The notes under the pieces were generated by a model. That model was not told where the DNA came from. It made no database searches and saw only the letters and a program-made list of their open reading frames with translations. Positions 25,752 through 33,890 of a stretch of DNA of 64,000 nt are shown piece by piece. The translations under genes were made by a program, and so were the position numbers. Source of the stretch: an uncultured Thermoplasmatales archaeon (lineage in GTDB: Archaea; Thermoplasmatota; SW-10-69-26). The stretch lies in assembly GCA_964396185.1 (NCBI GenBank), contig CAYNEI010000001.1, forward strand, positions 76,014 to 140,013. Direction: 5' to 3'. Within the stretch, counting starts at the first letter, position 1. Every line of letters starts with the position of its first letter.

Positions 25752-26186
25752 AGGGGGCTTGATGGACTGCTGTACGTCATCGATACACACGTCCTGATTT
25801 GGTATCTCATCGGTAGCCAGCGGCTCTCTGACGATCTCCGCACCAGAGTCGACGAGCTCCGGCACGCAGGCACTCGGCTCCTGGTACCGACGATCGTGCT
25901 GGCAGAGGCGCTCTACGTTTCGGAGAAGGGCCGTGATGTCTCAGCCGGCGATGAACAGGTATTGGATTTCGAGGCCCTGTACGAGACCGTCCTGGAGGAC
26001 CCTGGGTTCGAGATCGTGAGCTTCGGCCGAGACATCCTTGAACAGACAACCCAGGTTCAAGATGTCCCTGGACTACACGACCGGATCATCACCGCGACCG
26101 CCCGGTGCTACGGGGCCGGGATCCTGACACGTGACCGAGAGATCTCAGCGTCACAAGCCGCCCTCGACGGCCCGGTACGGGATTGA
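25752..26186 (+). CDS. vapC: PIN-domain ribonuclease toxin (VapC-like); start codon unresolved (possible 1-nt frameshift relative to ATG 25762, non-canonical start, or readthrough)
   Basis: The open frame RGLDGLLYVIDTHVLIWYL..LLVPTIVLAEALYV..LHDRIITATARCYGAGILTRDREI carries the four PIN acidic positions (D, E, D, D). The first in-frame ATG/GTG/TTG is GTG 25896, downstream of the first catalytic Asp. ATG 25762-25764 is in the +1 frame. Confidence 0.7.
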   Translation, partial: RGLDGLLYVIDTHVLIWYLIGSQRLSDDLRTRVDELRHAGTRLLVPTIVLAEALYVSEKGRDVSAGDEQVLDFEALYETVLEDPGFEIVSFGRDILEQTTQVQDVPGLHDRIITATARCYGAGILTRDREISASQAALDGPVRD

Positions 26187-26372
26187 TACGCAGGGTCCTC
26201 GTCCCACACCACGCACCTTCCAAGCGGAGCCCGGCGCGTAACCGAGCGGACCGCCAGCGAGCACCCCCGGAGGAGCTGATCTCCAACAACCCCTGGAAGA
26301 TGAAGCGGTTCATCGAGGGATGTCGCCGGGACAAGGCTGCTGACGACGCTTAGACTGCCGAACGTAATCTGG

Positions 26373-26789
26373 GGAACCCGCGCCGGCCAGTTGGCGCTTG
26401 AAGGTCGTCGAGCCGGGCCGCAAGGAGTAGCCGTAGGCTACTTCGAGGACACGGGTCGACGGCATGCGTTCATCGTGGAGTCAAGCGTCCAGGTGGCCGG
26501 CCCAGCGGCCCTATCGATGCAGGGTGAGCCCCTGGCCGCGCCGGGTCGACGGTGCCGGCGCGTCTCTTCCCGGTCGGTGCGCCGCTGGCAGGGCGGCCGT
26601 GTGCGGCGGTTGAAAGGTTGCACGAACCGCGGTGCGGTTCGTGCGCTCGCGGGCCCTGGTGGCCCCGCGATCCCTCCGGGCCTTGTGAGGGGTCGCCCTG
26701 CGACCCCGAACGAGCCCGAATCTCTGATTCGGGCGGACCTGCCCTTGCCCCCGACCACCTGCCAACGACCAGGGGCTCACGCGGGTTCC
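26373..26789. other. ORF-free, hairpin-dense 417-nt element bounded by a perfect 10-bp inverted repeat (candidate structured RNA or MITE-like element)
   Basis: GGAACCCGCG (26373-26382) pairs with CGCGGGTTCC (26780-26789). Nested pairs are gttggc 26390-95 with gccaac 26761-66, and ggtcg 26403-07 with cgacc 26752-56. Internal perfect hairpins lie at 26427-26441, 26620-26644 (11 bp), 26689-26707 and 26714-26734. The only long ORF (26391-27116) is Arg/Pro/Gly junk. Confidence 0.35.
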
Positions 26790-26904
26790 GCACATTCCGT
26801 CCGGCAGTCTTGCTCGACCGCTTGGTCCGACCCAGGATGGCCGGTGGCGGCAGGCAGGTCTTCACGATCCAGGGAACGGATCGCCCTGTTCCATCTGGCC
26901 GAGT

Positions 26905-27246
26905 CTATGCGGGCCGCGCGACGAGCGCGTGGATCGCCTGGACCACGCGATCGTACATCGCGTCGTCGACCCGCCCGAAGGATCGGTCCACGAGTTCCTT
27001 TTCGACCTGCACGAGCTTGTCAGCCCGGACCATGCTCTCCAGGGGCAGATCACCTTCGCTCAGTTCGTCGGGCGAGAGGGCGACCTTGTAGGGAGCAGGG
27101 GAGAGGTTGGCGGTGACCGCGCAGATGAGCACGTCGTCGTGCTCCTGGTTGTAGGCGTCCTGGGATACCACGATGGCAGGACGGGCTTTAGCATCCTGGA
27201 GGTTCGAGAAAGGGAACCGGATCCAGACGAGGTCCTGCTGGTTCAT
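26905..27246 (-). CDS. mazF: MazF/PemK-family endoribonuclease toxin (113 aa from ATG 27246)
   Basis: MNQQDLVWIRFPFSNLQDAKARPAIVVSQDAYN..VLICAVTANL..ESMVRADKLVQVEKELV..FGRV fits the PemK/MazF pattern. Its ATG overlaps the stop of the upstream AbrB-type gene (ATGA at 27243-27246). Confidence 0.85.
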   Translation of the reverse strand: MNQQDLVWIRFPFSNLQDAKARPAIVVSQDAYNQEHDDVLICAVTANLSPAPYKVALSPDELSEGDLPLESMVRADKLVQVEKELVDRSFGRVDDAMYDRVVQAIHALVARPA

Positions 27247-27524
27247 GCAGGGGCCTCTTGGTAGAACTCCTCCCACACCTCGTCCTCCGGGCCCCACGCG
27301 CGCTCAAGCGCCCGTGCGGTGATGGTGCGCCAGGAGGCCTCGAGCTCCTCTAGGACGTCCTCCTCACGCCGAAGCACGATCTCCCCGCCCCGCTTGACGA
27401 GCACAAGCACCGAGCCCCCCTCGATCCCCAGCGCGGTGCGCATCTCCTCTGGGATGACGAGCTGACCGCGATCGTTCACCCGCACAGCCCGAAGCATATC
27501 CTCCGTATCAGTCGTCATAATCAT
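27243..27524 (-). CDS. mazE: SpoVT/AbrB-domain antitoxin (MazE-like, 93 aa from ATG 27524)
   Basis: MIMTTDTEDMLRAVRVNDRGQLVIPEEMRTALGIEGGSVLVLVKRGGEIVLRRE is a classic AbrB swapped-hairpin motif. An AT-rich ttaagcta lies about 25 nt upstream. The track ORF (to 27920) adds an implausible in-frame extension. Confidence 0.8.
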   Translation of the reverse strand: MIMTTDTEDMLRAVRVNDRGQLVIPEEMRTALGIEGGSVLVLVKRGGEIVLRREEDVLEELEASWRTITARALERAWGPEDEVWEEFYQEAPA

Positions 27525-27678
27525 ACCAGTATGATTCTTCCCATAGCTTAAGGTTTCTGGGTCCGGTTCGTACTCGCCGTCCGGTTCCATCTCAGCACGG
27601 CACCATGGCAGCCTGGTCCACCGTTCCTCCAGGAACGCCAGGTCTCTGCGCCGATCCGCGAAAGGGCCATGGATAGAC

Positions 27679-27723
27679 GTACTCACGAGGAGGATACTCA
27701 CGAGGAACATACTCACGAGTACC
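27679..27723. repeat. 15-bp direct repeat x3 in the spacer between the 394-aa gene and mazE
   Basis: gtactcacgaggagg / atactcacgaggaac / atactcacgagtacc, read directly. The patch is visibly lower in GC. Confidence 0.9.
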
Positions 27724-27840
27724 ATGCGCAAGCGTAGACAAGCTGGCGGCCGGCTCGCCGGGCCCCAGCTCAGGCTAGAGAAGAAGAGGAGAAGAGCGCC
27801 CGGCCCACCATGGGCCGGGCAGCTTACGAGTCGATCCCGT

Positions 27841-29025
27841 CTAGGAGATCGTGACCGTCTTGGTCGCCTGGTTGCCGGCCTCGTCCACCGCGGAGACGAT
27901 GACGACGTCGCCAGGCTCAAGCGGGTCGCTGGTCCGGTCGATCTTGACCATCTTCCCGTAGCTCGTCGTCTGGAACGTGAACAGCGGGAAGGAGTCCACG
28001 TCGCGCGGCGTGCTGTCCTCGAAGCTCGTGCTCGGGGTCACACCGTTGATGGTCACCGAGAACGAGTCTGGGACGATGGCTTCACCGAACTCGACGATGA
28101 GCTCGTCAGCGCCATTCTCGGCCTGGCTGATGCTCACATCACCCGGGACGATGGCGGGCCAGGGGGGCAGCAAATCGCGGTTCTCACAGTCCGGAGGCTG
28201 GCAGGACGCGTAGCCGTCCGGCGTGGCCGCCGTCTTGGGCTCGTCTTCGTACGTGTTGTCCACGATGGCGTAGATGAAGCCCGTCTTGACCGGGGCCAGA
28301 CCACCGGGCGGGGTGTCGCTCGGGACGTCTGGCGGGCCGAAGGCGCGCAGCACGGCACCGTAGATGTTGTCGGGCACCAGGTGCGTGTTGATGGGGATCA
28401 ACCAGCCGTCCTGGGGCGTGGTGTCGCCACGGTAGAACTCGTAGTAAGCACCCGAGACACCGATGCCGGCGTCGTTGCCAGTCATGTCGCAGACCTGGTC
28501 GGGGCCAAGCACGGCCTGGCCCGAGAGGTCGTTGACGGTGAGCGTGGTGTGCAGGAAGCCGAACCAGACGGCCTCGATGCTCTCATCGGGCTCGCCGGTG
28601 GCCTTCTCGAGCACGCGGGGGATCACGTAGAGCCCGCCGTCGGCGCGCAGGATGCTCTGGGTCTCCTTGTCGGCACCGTCGGGGACGTGGAGCGCGAAGG
28701 GGTTGCCGATGCGAAGCTCCAGGTCCTCATCGCCGCACTCGTAGAAGGGCGGGATACCGGCCTGGATGTTGCCGTCGTCATCGCGGGCAAGCTGGTCGGG
28801 CTGACCGTTGGCACCCTCTCCGTTGCTGCGTTGATCCGGGCCGTCGTTCCCGCACTCGTCACCGGCTAGGTTGACGCACGTGTCCTCGTTGAACTCTGCA
28901 GGAACGTCTGCAGGCTCCGGGACGAACGTGTCCAGGATGATGTTGTGTGCAGGGCGCGTGCTGATGATCGCCGATGCCGGCGCCGTCAGCATGATCGCTA
29001 CGATGATGATCGCTCCAACTCGCAT
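27841..29025 (-). CDS. Secreted acidic protein (394 aa), unknown function, C-terminal Ig-like/beta-sandwich segment
   Basis: Signal peptide is MRVGAIIIVAIMLTAPASA. GGAGG lies 10 nt upstream of ATG 29025. The protein is Cys-containing and acidic. The C-terminal ..FSVTINGVTP..VVIVSAVDEAGNQATKTVTIS resembles bacterial Ig-like domains. Confidence 0.8.
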   Translation of the reverse strand: MRVGAIIIVAIMLTAPASAIISTRPAHNIILDTFVPEPADVPAEFNEDTCVNLAGDECGNDGPDQRSNGEGANGQPDQLARDDDGNIQAGIPPFYECGDEDLELRIGNPFALHVPDGADKETQSILRADGGLYVIPRVLEKATGEPDESIEAVWFGFLHTTLTVNDLSGQAVLGPDQVCDMTGNDAGIGVSGAYYEFYRGDTTPQDGWLIPINTHLVPDNIYGAVLRAFGPPDVPSDTPPGGLAPVKTGFIYAIVDNTYEDEPKTAATPDGYASCQPPDCENRDLLPPWPAIVPGDVSISQAENGADELIVEFGEAIVPDSFSVTINGVTPSTSFEDSTPRDVDSFPLFTFQTTSYGKMVKIDRTSDPLEPGDVVIVSAVDEAGNQATKTVTIS

Positions 29026-29062
29026 GGGGGACTCGCCTCCAGCTCAAGGATTCCTTAGTGGG

Positions 29063-29068
29063 TATAAA
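29063..29068 (-). promoter_or_regulatory. TATA-like box (TTTATA on the minus strand) upstream of the 394-aa gene
   Basis: Minus-strand reading is caccTTTATAcccactaaggaatccttgagctGGAGGcgagtcccccATG. It lies in the 156-nt gap that separates this gene from the giant operon. Confidence 0.45.
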
Positions 29069-29181
29069 GGTGTTTTCGTGCCTCTGGCTTCGCCAATGCG
29101 AGTGCGCCGGTGCCTGAGTGACGAGTGCACTCGCCACGGGAGCGCGGCTTCGCCGCGATCAGGCGCGCCGACGGCGATCTG

Positions 29182-32100
29182 CTAACGTTCATCGCCGTCA
29201 GGCGATGCGGACGCGTCCGCATCGCGGGCGAGCACGGCCTGGAGCACCCAGCCGGCCACCCCGATGAGCACGAGCATGATGAGAAGCAAGGGGATCCAGC
29301 CGATGGGGTCATCGATGTCCACGGTGCCGGCCTGCGCGATCTCCACCTCGCCATCCTCGGTGACCATGCGCACGGTGAGCTCGTAGTCGCCGGCCTCCTC
29401 GAAGGTGAACGTGGCCGTGCCCTGGCCGGGGCGCTGGACCTCGATGGGCGCGCTGGCGACCTCAGCACCGTCCCGGGTGGCCACGGCGGTCAGCTTGCTC
29501 GCCGCGCGCTCCCAGGTCACGTTGATCTCCACGGGCTCGCCCGTGTCCCGGTCCCCATCGGCCTTGGCGTGGAGGAACGGGCCCTGGCCGCGCAGGAGCA
29601 CGGTCTCATGCGTGACGGTCTTCCCGTGGGCCTCGGCCCGGATGTGGACCAGGAGCTCGCCGCGCCAGTCCGGGAGCTGGATCGCGCCGTCCTCGATGGG
29701 CACCGTGGTCTCGCGCTCGGTGACACGGTGGCGCACCGTGATCGTGGTGTCCAAGGCGTCGTTGTCGGGATCGTCCACCGTGATGGGGAGCGTGTCCCCG
29801 TCGCGCTGGCCCACGGTGATGGTGGGCTCGGCGTCCTGCACGGTCAGACGCTCCGTGAGGGCGGCCTCGTTGCCCACGCGGTCTTGGGCGGTGAGCGAGG
29901 CCACGATCCGGTCCCCGCGCACGACGTTGTCCAGGGCCACGCGGTGGGTGCTGGAGGCCAGGGGGACGGGCAGTGTGGTGCCATCCACGGAGAAGGTGAG
30001 GGTGTCGAGGCCGCTGAGCTCTTCTCTGGCGGTGACGAGCACCTCGTGGCCCTGGATGTCCAGCAGGAGCTCCGGGGCCTCGTCGTCGAGCACGAGCTCA
30101 AGCGTGCGGTTGGCCTGGTTGCCCACACCATCGGTGGCCTGGGCGTGCACGGGGCCGCTGCCGAGCTCCCTGGCCGGCAGGGTCTCTCCGACGGGATCCA
30201 GGGAGAGGCGTCGGGGGAGCACGAGGTCGAACGCCGTGACCTCGCTGACATCGTCGGTGGCGGTGAAGGTGAGATTCGCTGTGGAGCGGGCCAGGATAGC
30301 TGTGGCGTTGCGCACGCCCTGGTCGGAGGTGATCTCGATGCGGGGCCCGCGCAGATCCGCGGTGAGCTCTTGGGAGGCGCTGGCTCCTTGGCCGAGATCA
30401 TCCACCGCGGTGACCGAGAGCGTGGCTTGCTCGCCGTGGAGCAGCGACGGCAGGTCCACGCTGATGTGCAGGCCGCGCTCTAGCAGCGTGACGCGCTCGC
30501 GCAGATCGGCCAGGCGCTGTCCGTCCTGGGTGGCCGTGATCGTGACGTTGCTGGGGCGCACGCTGCGGTCCTCCACCGTGATGGTGAGCTGGGCGGTGGA
30601 GCCCACGACGCTGGCACCGGGCAGGCGGATGCGTGGCTCTTGGGCGCGCTCGACCGTGAGGTTGGCGGTCTCGGTGGCTTGGTTGCCCCAGTGGTCGGTG
30701 ACCTCGACGGTCAACGTGTGGTTGCCGGCTTCCAGGCCGGGCACGGTGAGGTTGAACGCCGCTTCCAGGCTCTCGTGAGCGGCCAGCTCCATCTCCCCAT
30801 CGAGCACGCGCACGGTCAACGGTGGCGTCTCGTCGGTGGCCGAGAGGTCCACGTGGACCGGCAGGCCAGCTTCCTGGATGGGAGCACCCCTGAACCCGTT
30901 GATCTCCAGGTCCTCGAGCACCGGGGCTCGGGGCTCCCGGATGTTGTAGACGAGCAGCTCGCGCGAGATCGCACCGGCCACGTCCTCGGCCACGATGTGG
31001 ACCTCGTGGCGGCCGGGGCGATCCGTGGGCAGGGGGATGGAGACGTTCTGCTCCGTGGTGTTCGAGGCCAGCACGACCCCGTCACCGGTGGTCACGTTCC
31101 AGGTGATACAAGCCTCGACGCGCTGGCACCCGTCATCGGTGATGTTGAGACGGGTGTGGATGACCTGGTCCTCGTCGGCCTCCTCGGGAGGCGCGTCGAT
31201 CACCTGGATCGACGGGGGCTCGGGGTCGAGCTCAAGCTCCACGAAGCCGTCCAGCGTCGCATTGTTGCCATCCCAGTCCACCACGAAGAGATCCAGCGGC
31301 CCCGTGGGGGTCGAGGCCTCGATGGGGAGGGTGAGTTGGACATCGCGGGTGCCGTTGAAGGCGTCGGTGAGGCTGGCGCGAGCCAGCTCGGTGTCCTCCT
31401 GGGAGACGACCACGGAGCGCATGCCACCGCGCCGGTCGGTGATGTTGACGTCCAGGGTGACGTTGCCGCCCACGGGCCCGAAGAGCGTTCCCTCGACGGT
31501 GCCGGGGTCCGTGTCCACGTGCCGGATGCGCGGCGCGTTGGGGTTCCAGGTGGTGATCGAGAACGATTCGCCGCGCTCGACCTGAAGCGTCGGCTCCCCG
31601 CGGGTGCTGCTCACCGGGGTGCCGTCCACGCTGACGAGCTCGACGAGCCAGCCCTGCCAGGGCGCCCCGTCTCCCCAATCCCGGTAGTGCTCGGTAACGT
31701 CGAAGTTGAGCGGGATGTTCGAGGCGCAGTCCTCGCGCGTGTACGTGGTCGTGTGTGGGTCCGTGGTGTTCGGCAGGGTCTCCCACGTGGTGGTGGTGCC
31801 CCACGGTTGGAGCACGCGGCTGGCGCGCAGCGTGAACTCCCGGTCGCACTGCTTGGTGAACGTATCGGAGAACGTGAACCCCTTCAATTGGAGGGTCGCC
31901 TGCGAGAACGTCGCGTTGGTGTAGCTCGGGAGGAAGAACGGTTTCAGGAAGGCGATTTGGTCCTCCCGGATCTCGTAGGAGAACCCGTCGATCTCGCGTC
32001 CTCCAGCCCCGGTGTCGTCCACGACCACGACGCGCTCGATGCTCATGACCGTGGTCCGCTCGCCCTGCTGTTGGCCGGGCTGGGCCTCGGCCGGGGGTGT

Positions 32101-32643
32101 CAGGGGCACCAGCGCCAGGGCGACCAACACGGCCAGCACCGTGACCGTGATGGCACTGGTGGGGGTGGAGCGGCGTTGGTGGATGAGCGTGAGGATGCCC
32201 CAGGCGGCCAAGAGCAGGAAGGGCGCGCTCACCGCCACGCCAAGGCCTTGGGCTAGGTCCAGGCTCTCGCGCCCGCTCTGGGTGGTGAGCGCTGCCAGGG
32301 CGACCAGCAAGCTGGCCAGGAGCAAGAGAGCTGGGAGCAGGAAGGCCTTAAGCGGTGGGGGTGGCGTGGCCTCGCGGCGGGCTCTGGCGCCCTCGAAGAG
32401 GAGCACCGCGCCGAGAGCGGCAAGCACAGCCGGGATCCAGTCCATGGGCAGCGGCGGGGGGATCGTGGCGGCCAGGCCCGTTGCCAGGGCCACAAGGGCG
32501 AGCCATTCGCGGCCCCAGACCACGGCGATGAGGCCGAGCACGCTGGCGGCTGCGGGGAGAAGCGTGGTGCTGGCTTGGCCGAACAAGGGGTCCGGTGATG
32601 CGGTAAGCAGGGTGCCAGCGCCCACGAGCAGGGCGCCGAGCAC
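29182..32643 (-). CDS. Polytopic membrane protein (about 6 N-terminal TM helices) with a large extracellular Ig-like repeat region and a C-terminal TM helix (1153 aa); last gene of the giant operon
   Basis: The hydrophobic N-terminal 190 aa are followed by ..RASRVLQPWGTTTTWETLPN..FDVTEHYRDWGDGAPWQGWLVEL (tentatively DNRLRE-like). Repeats of about 90-100 aa follow (..HEVHIVAEDVAGA.., ..HTLTVEVTDHWGNQATE.., ..LSVTAVDDLGQGAS.., ..AQATDGVGNQANRT.., ..LTAQDRVGNEAA..), with many N-x-S/T sequons. The end is IPLLLIMLVLIGVAGWVLQAVLAR. The GTG start at 32643 has no obvious SD, so the start is uncertain. Confidence 0.8.
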   Translation of the reverse strand: MLGALLVGAGTLLTASPDPLFGQASTTLLPAAASVLGLIAVVWGREWLALVALATGLAATIPPPLPMDWIPAVLAALGAVLLFEGARARREATPPPPLKAFLLPALLLLASLLVALAALTTQSGRESLDLAQGLGVAVSAPFLLLAAWGILTLIHQRRSTPTSAITVTVLAVLVALALVPLTPPAEAQPGQQQGERTTVMSIERVVVVDDTGAGGREIDGFSYEIREDQIAFLKPFFLPSYTNATFSQATLQLKGFTFSDTFTKQCDREFTLRASRVLQPWGTTTTWETLPNTTDPHTTTYTREDCASNIPLNFDVTEHYRDWGDGAPWQGWLVELVSVDGTPVSSTRGEPTLQVERGESFSITTWNPNAPRIRHVDTDPGTVEGTLFGPVGGNVTLDVNITDRRGGMRSVVVSQEDTELARASLTDAFNGTRDVQLTLPIEASTPTGPLDLFVVDWDGNNATLDGFVELELDPEPPSIQVIDAPPEEADEDQVIHTRLNITDDGCQRVEACITWNVTTGDGVVLASNTTEQNVSIPLPTDRPGRHEVHIVAEDVAGAISRELLVYNIREPRAPVLEDLEINGFRGAPIQEAGLPVHVDLSATDETPPLTVRVLDGEMELAAHESLEAAFNLTVPGLEAGNHTLTVEVTDHWGNQATETANLTVERAQEPRIRLPGASVVGSTAQLTITVEDRSVRPSNVTITATQDGQRLADLRERVTLLERGLHISVDLPSLLHGEQATLSVTAVDDLGQGASASQELTADLRGPRIEITSDQGVRNATAILARSTANLTFTATDDVSEVTAFDLVLPRRLSLDPVGETLPARELGSGPVHAQATDGVGNQANRTLELVLDDEAPELLLDIQGHEVLVTAREELSGLDTLTFSVDGTTLPVPLASSTHRVALDNVVRGDRIVASLTAQDRVGNEAALTERLTVQDAEPTITVGQRDGDTLPITVDDPDNDALDTTITVRHRVTERETTVPIEDGAIQLPDWRGELLVHIRAEAHGKTVTHETVLLRGQGPFLHAKADGDRDTGEPVEINVTWERAASKLTAVATRDGAEVASAPIEVQRPGQGTATFTFEEAGDYELTVRMVTEDGEVEIAQAGTVDIDDPIGWIPLLLIMLVLIGVAGWVLQAVLARDADASASPDGDER

Positions 32644-32669
32644 GCCGATGGCCAGCGTGGTGGTTCGGT

Positions 32670-33890
32670 TCAGATCTTCACCCCCGCACCGTGGGCGTGG
32701 CTGACCACGCCCAACGGGAGCTCCACCAGGGTGACCTGGAAGCCACGCAGAGCTTTCACGTTCTCCTCGTGGTTCTCGTAGAGCTCTTGTTCGAGCTCGT
32801 TGGTGGGCTCGGGCACGTTGGGCACGAGGGCTGTGACCGCGCAGTTATGCGCGAGCAAGAGGATCACGCCGTCGAGATCGCCTGGGTGCATGAACGGTGA
32901 GCACACGAGCACCTTGGCGCCCTCGTGGAGCCGGTGCATGTTGTCCCGGATGGCCGGCTCCAGCGGGAAGGTGCCCTCAGGCTCCATCTCGGCCAACTGC
33001 TGGAAGTAGCGGGCCTTGAAGGCCGAGGATCCGTCGCTTTTGAGCGCCCTGGGCTCTTGGCCCAGGAACAGTGCTGTGAAGGAGTCGCCGCCCTCGCTGG
33101 CCAGCCGGTAGCTCAGAGCCCCGGAGCGGGCCACCTCGTGGATGGGCGCGTCCTGGAAGGGGCCCATGGCGGTCCAGAGGCGGTGGTCGATGACGGCCAG
33201 GGCTTGCGTGGATCGCTCGTCCTGGTACTGGTTGACCATGAGATCGCCTGTGGCGGCCGAGGCCTTCCAGTTGACCAGGCGCAGGGGGTCCATGGGCAGG
33301 TACTCCCGGATGCTGTAGAACTCGCTGCCGGACCCGGGTTTCGTGCTGGAGAACTTGCCGGGCCGGGGGTAGCTGTGCTTGGGCCGGCCCACGGCGTCCC
33401 GGGGCCGGGGCTCGGAGGGGAGCACGGTGAGCGTGAGGCTCTCGGCCTGGATGTCGAGCACGCGTTCGACCAGGCGGAAGGGGTCGCTGGCCCGCACCTC
33501 CAGGGGTGCAAGCGTGTAGGAGCCGCGCACGGGGGTCTCGAGCTCGAACTCAGCGGACAGGGTCTCGCCTTTGCCCAGCACGCCCTGGACGCGGGCTTGG
33601 CCGTGGAGCACGATGCCCTGGGGGAGCGGTTGGTGGACGTCCACGCGCTGGAACCCGCCTGTGGAGGCCACCTCGTAGGTGAGCTCGGTGCCGCTGCCCT
33701 CGGGGATGCGCTCGTTGGCCGCACTGCGCGTGGCCTCGACGCGGATCTGGCGCGCGCTGATCTGGGCGGCCAGGGCCACCGCAAGGCCTGTAGCACCGAG
33801 CAGGGCGAGCACGAGGTGGTTGAGCGCGGCGGCCGCCACGAGCGCAGCGGCCGAGAAGGCGATGACGGTGATGCCTCGCTTGGTGATCAT
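32670..33890 (-). CDS. DUF58-family protein (406 aa)
   Basis: Two N-terminal TM helices are followed by the diagnostic core GSGSEFYSIREYLPMDPLRLVNWKASAATGDLMVNQYQDERS (G.EF...R.Y..GD..R.I.W..SA+...L.V+.). GGAGG lies 7 nt upstream. There is an ATGA overlap with the upstream gene. Confidence 0.85.
   Translation of the reverse strand: MITKRGITVIAFSAAALVAAAALNHLVLALLGATGLAVALAAQISARQIRVEATRSAANERIPEGSGTELTYEVASTGGFQRVDVHQPLPQGIVLHGQARVQGVLGKGETLSAEFELETPVRGSYTLAPLEVRASDPFRLVERVLDIQAESLTLTVLPSEPRPRDAVGRPKHSYPRPGKFSSTKPGSGSEFYSIREYLPMDPLRLVNWKASAATGDLMVNQYQDERSTQALAVIDHRLWTAMGPFQDAPIHEVARSGALSYRLASEGGDSFTALFLGQEPRALKSDGSSAFKARYFQQLAEMEPEGTFPLEPAIRDNMHRLHEGAKVLVCSPFMHPGDLDGVILLLAHNCAVTALVPNVPEPTNELEQELYENHEENVKALRGFQVTLVELPLGVVSHAHGAGVKI

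Noticed and set aside
24008-25873. Upstream-extended starts proposed by the ORF track: 25873 for the 449-aa gene, 23905 for the 1180-aa gene, 18433 for the ImmA gene, 27920 for mazE, 27297 for mazF, 25116 for the vapB-like gene, and 57302 for the 4099-aa gene.
   Set aside because: In each case the extension is Arg/Ser/Pro-rich or overlaps a neighbouring gene or promoter. An internal Met directly precedes a signal peptide or a conserved family N-terminus and has an SD or a correctly spaced TATA-like box.
26168-26353. Frame-2 reading ..EELISNNPWKMKRFIEGCRRDKAADDA* downstream of the PIN gene as a gene fragment.
   Set aside because: It has no start, no upstream coding-like sequence (Arg/Pro-rich) and no recognisable family. 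It could be a relic but cannot be supported.
26373-26789. RNase P RNA or SRP (7S) RNA identity for the hairpin-dense element.
   Set aside because: The size and closing stem were suggestive, and GGUUGAAAGGUUG followed by a hairpin resembles the RNase P J11/12-P12 region. Against this, the near-invariant GAGGAAAGUCC (CR-I) and ACAGAA..GGCUUA (CR-V) are absent. There is no room for P3, and the terminal helices are nested rather than forming the P2/P4 pseudoknot. No SRP helix-8 GGAA/AGCA loops or UGUAA(U/C) Alu motif were seen on either strand.
26391-27116. 241-aa + strand ORF covering the ORF-poor gap (MALEGRRAGPQGVAVGYFEDTGRR..).
   Set aside because: It is extremely Arg/Pro/Gly-rich, unlike every credible (acidic) protein here. 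It overlaps the mazF gene on the other strand and has no start context. It is treated as a non-coding region.
22553-27723. The possibility that the 18-bp (22553-22624) or 15-bp (27679-27723) repeats are a CRISPR array.
   Set aside because: The units are directly adjacent with no spacers, there are only 3-4 copies, and one set is in-frame coding sequence. No cas genes are in the window.
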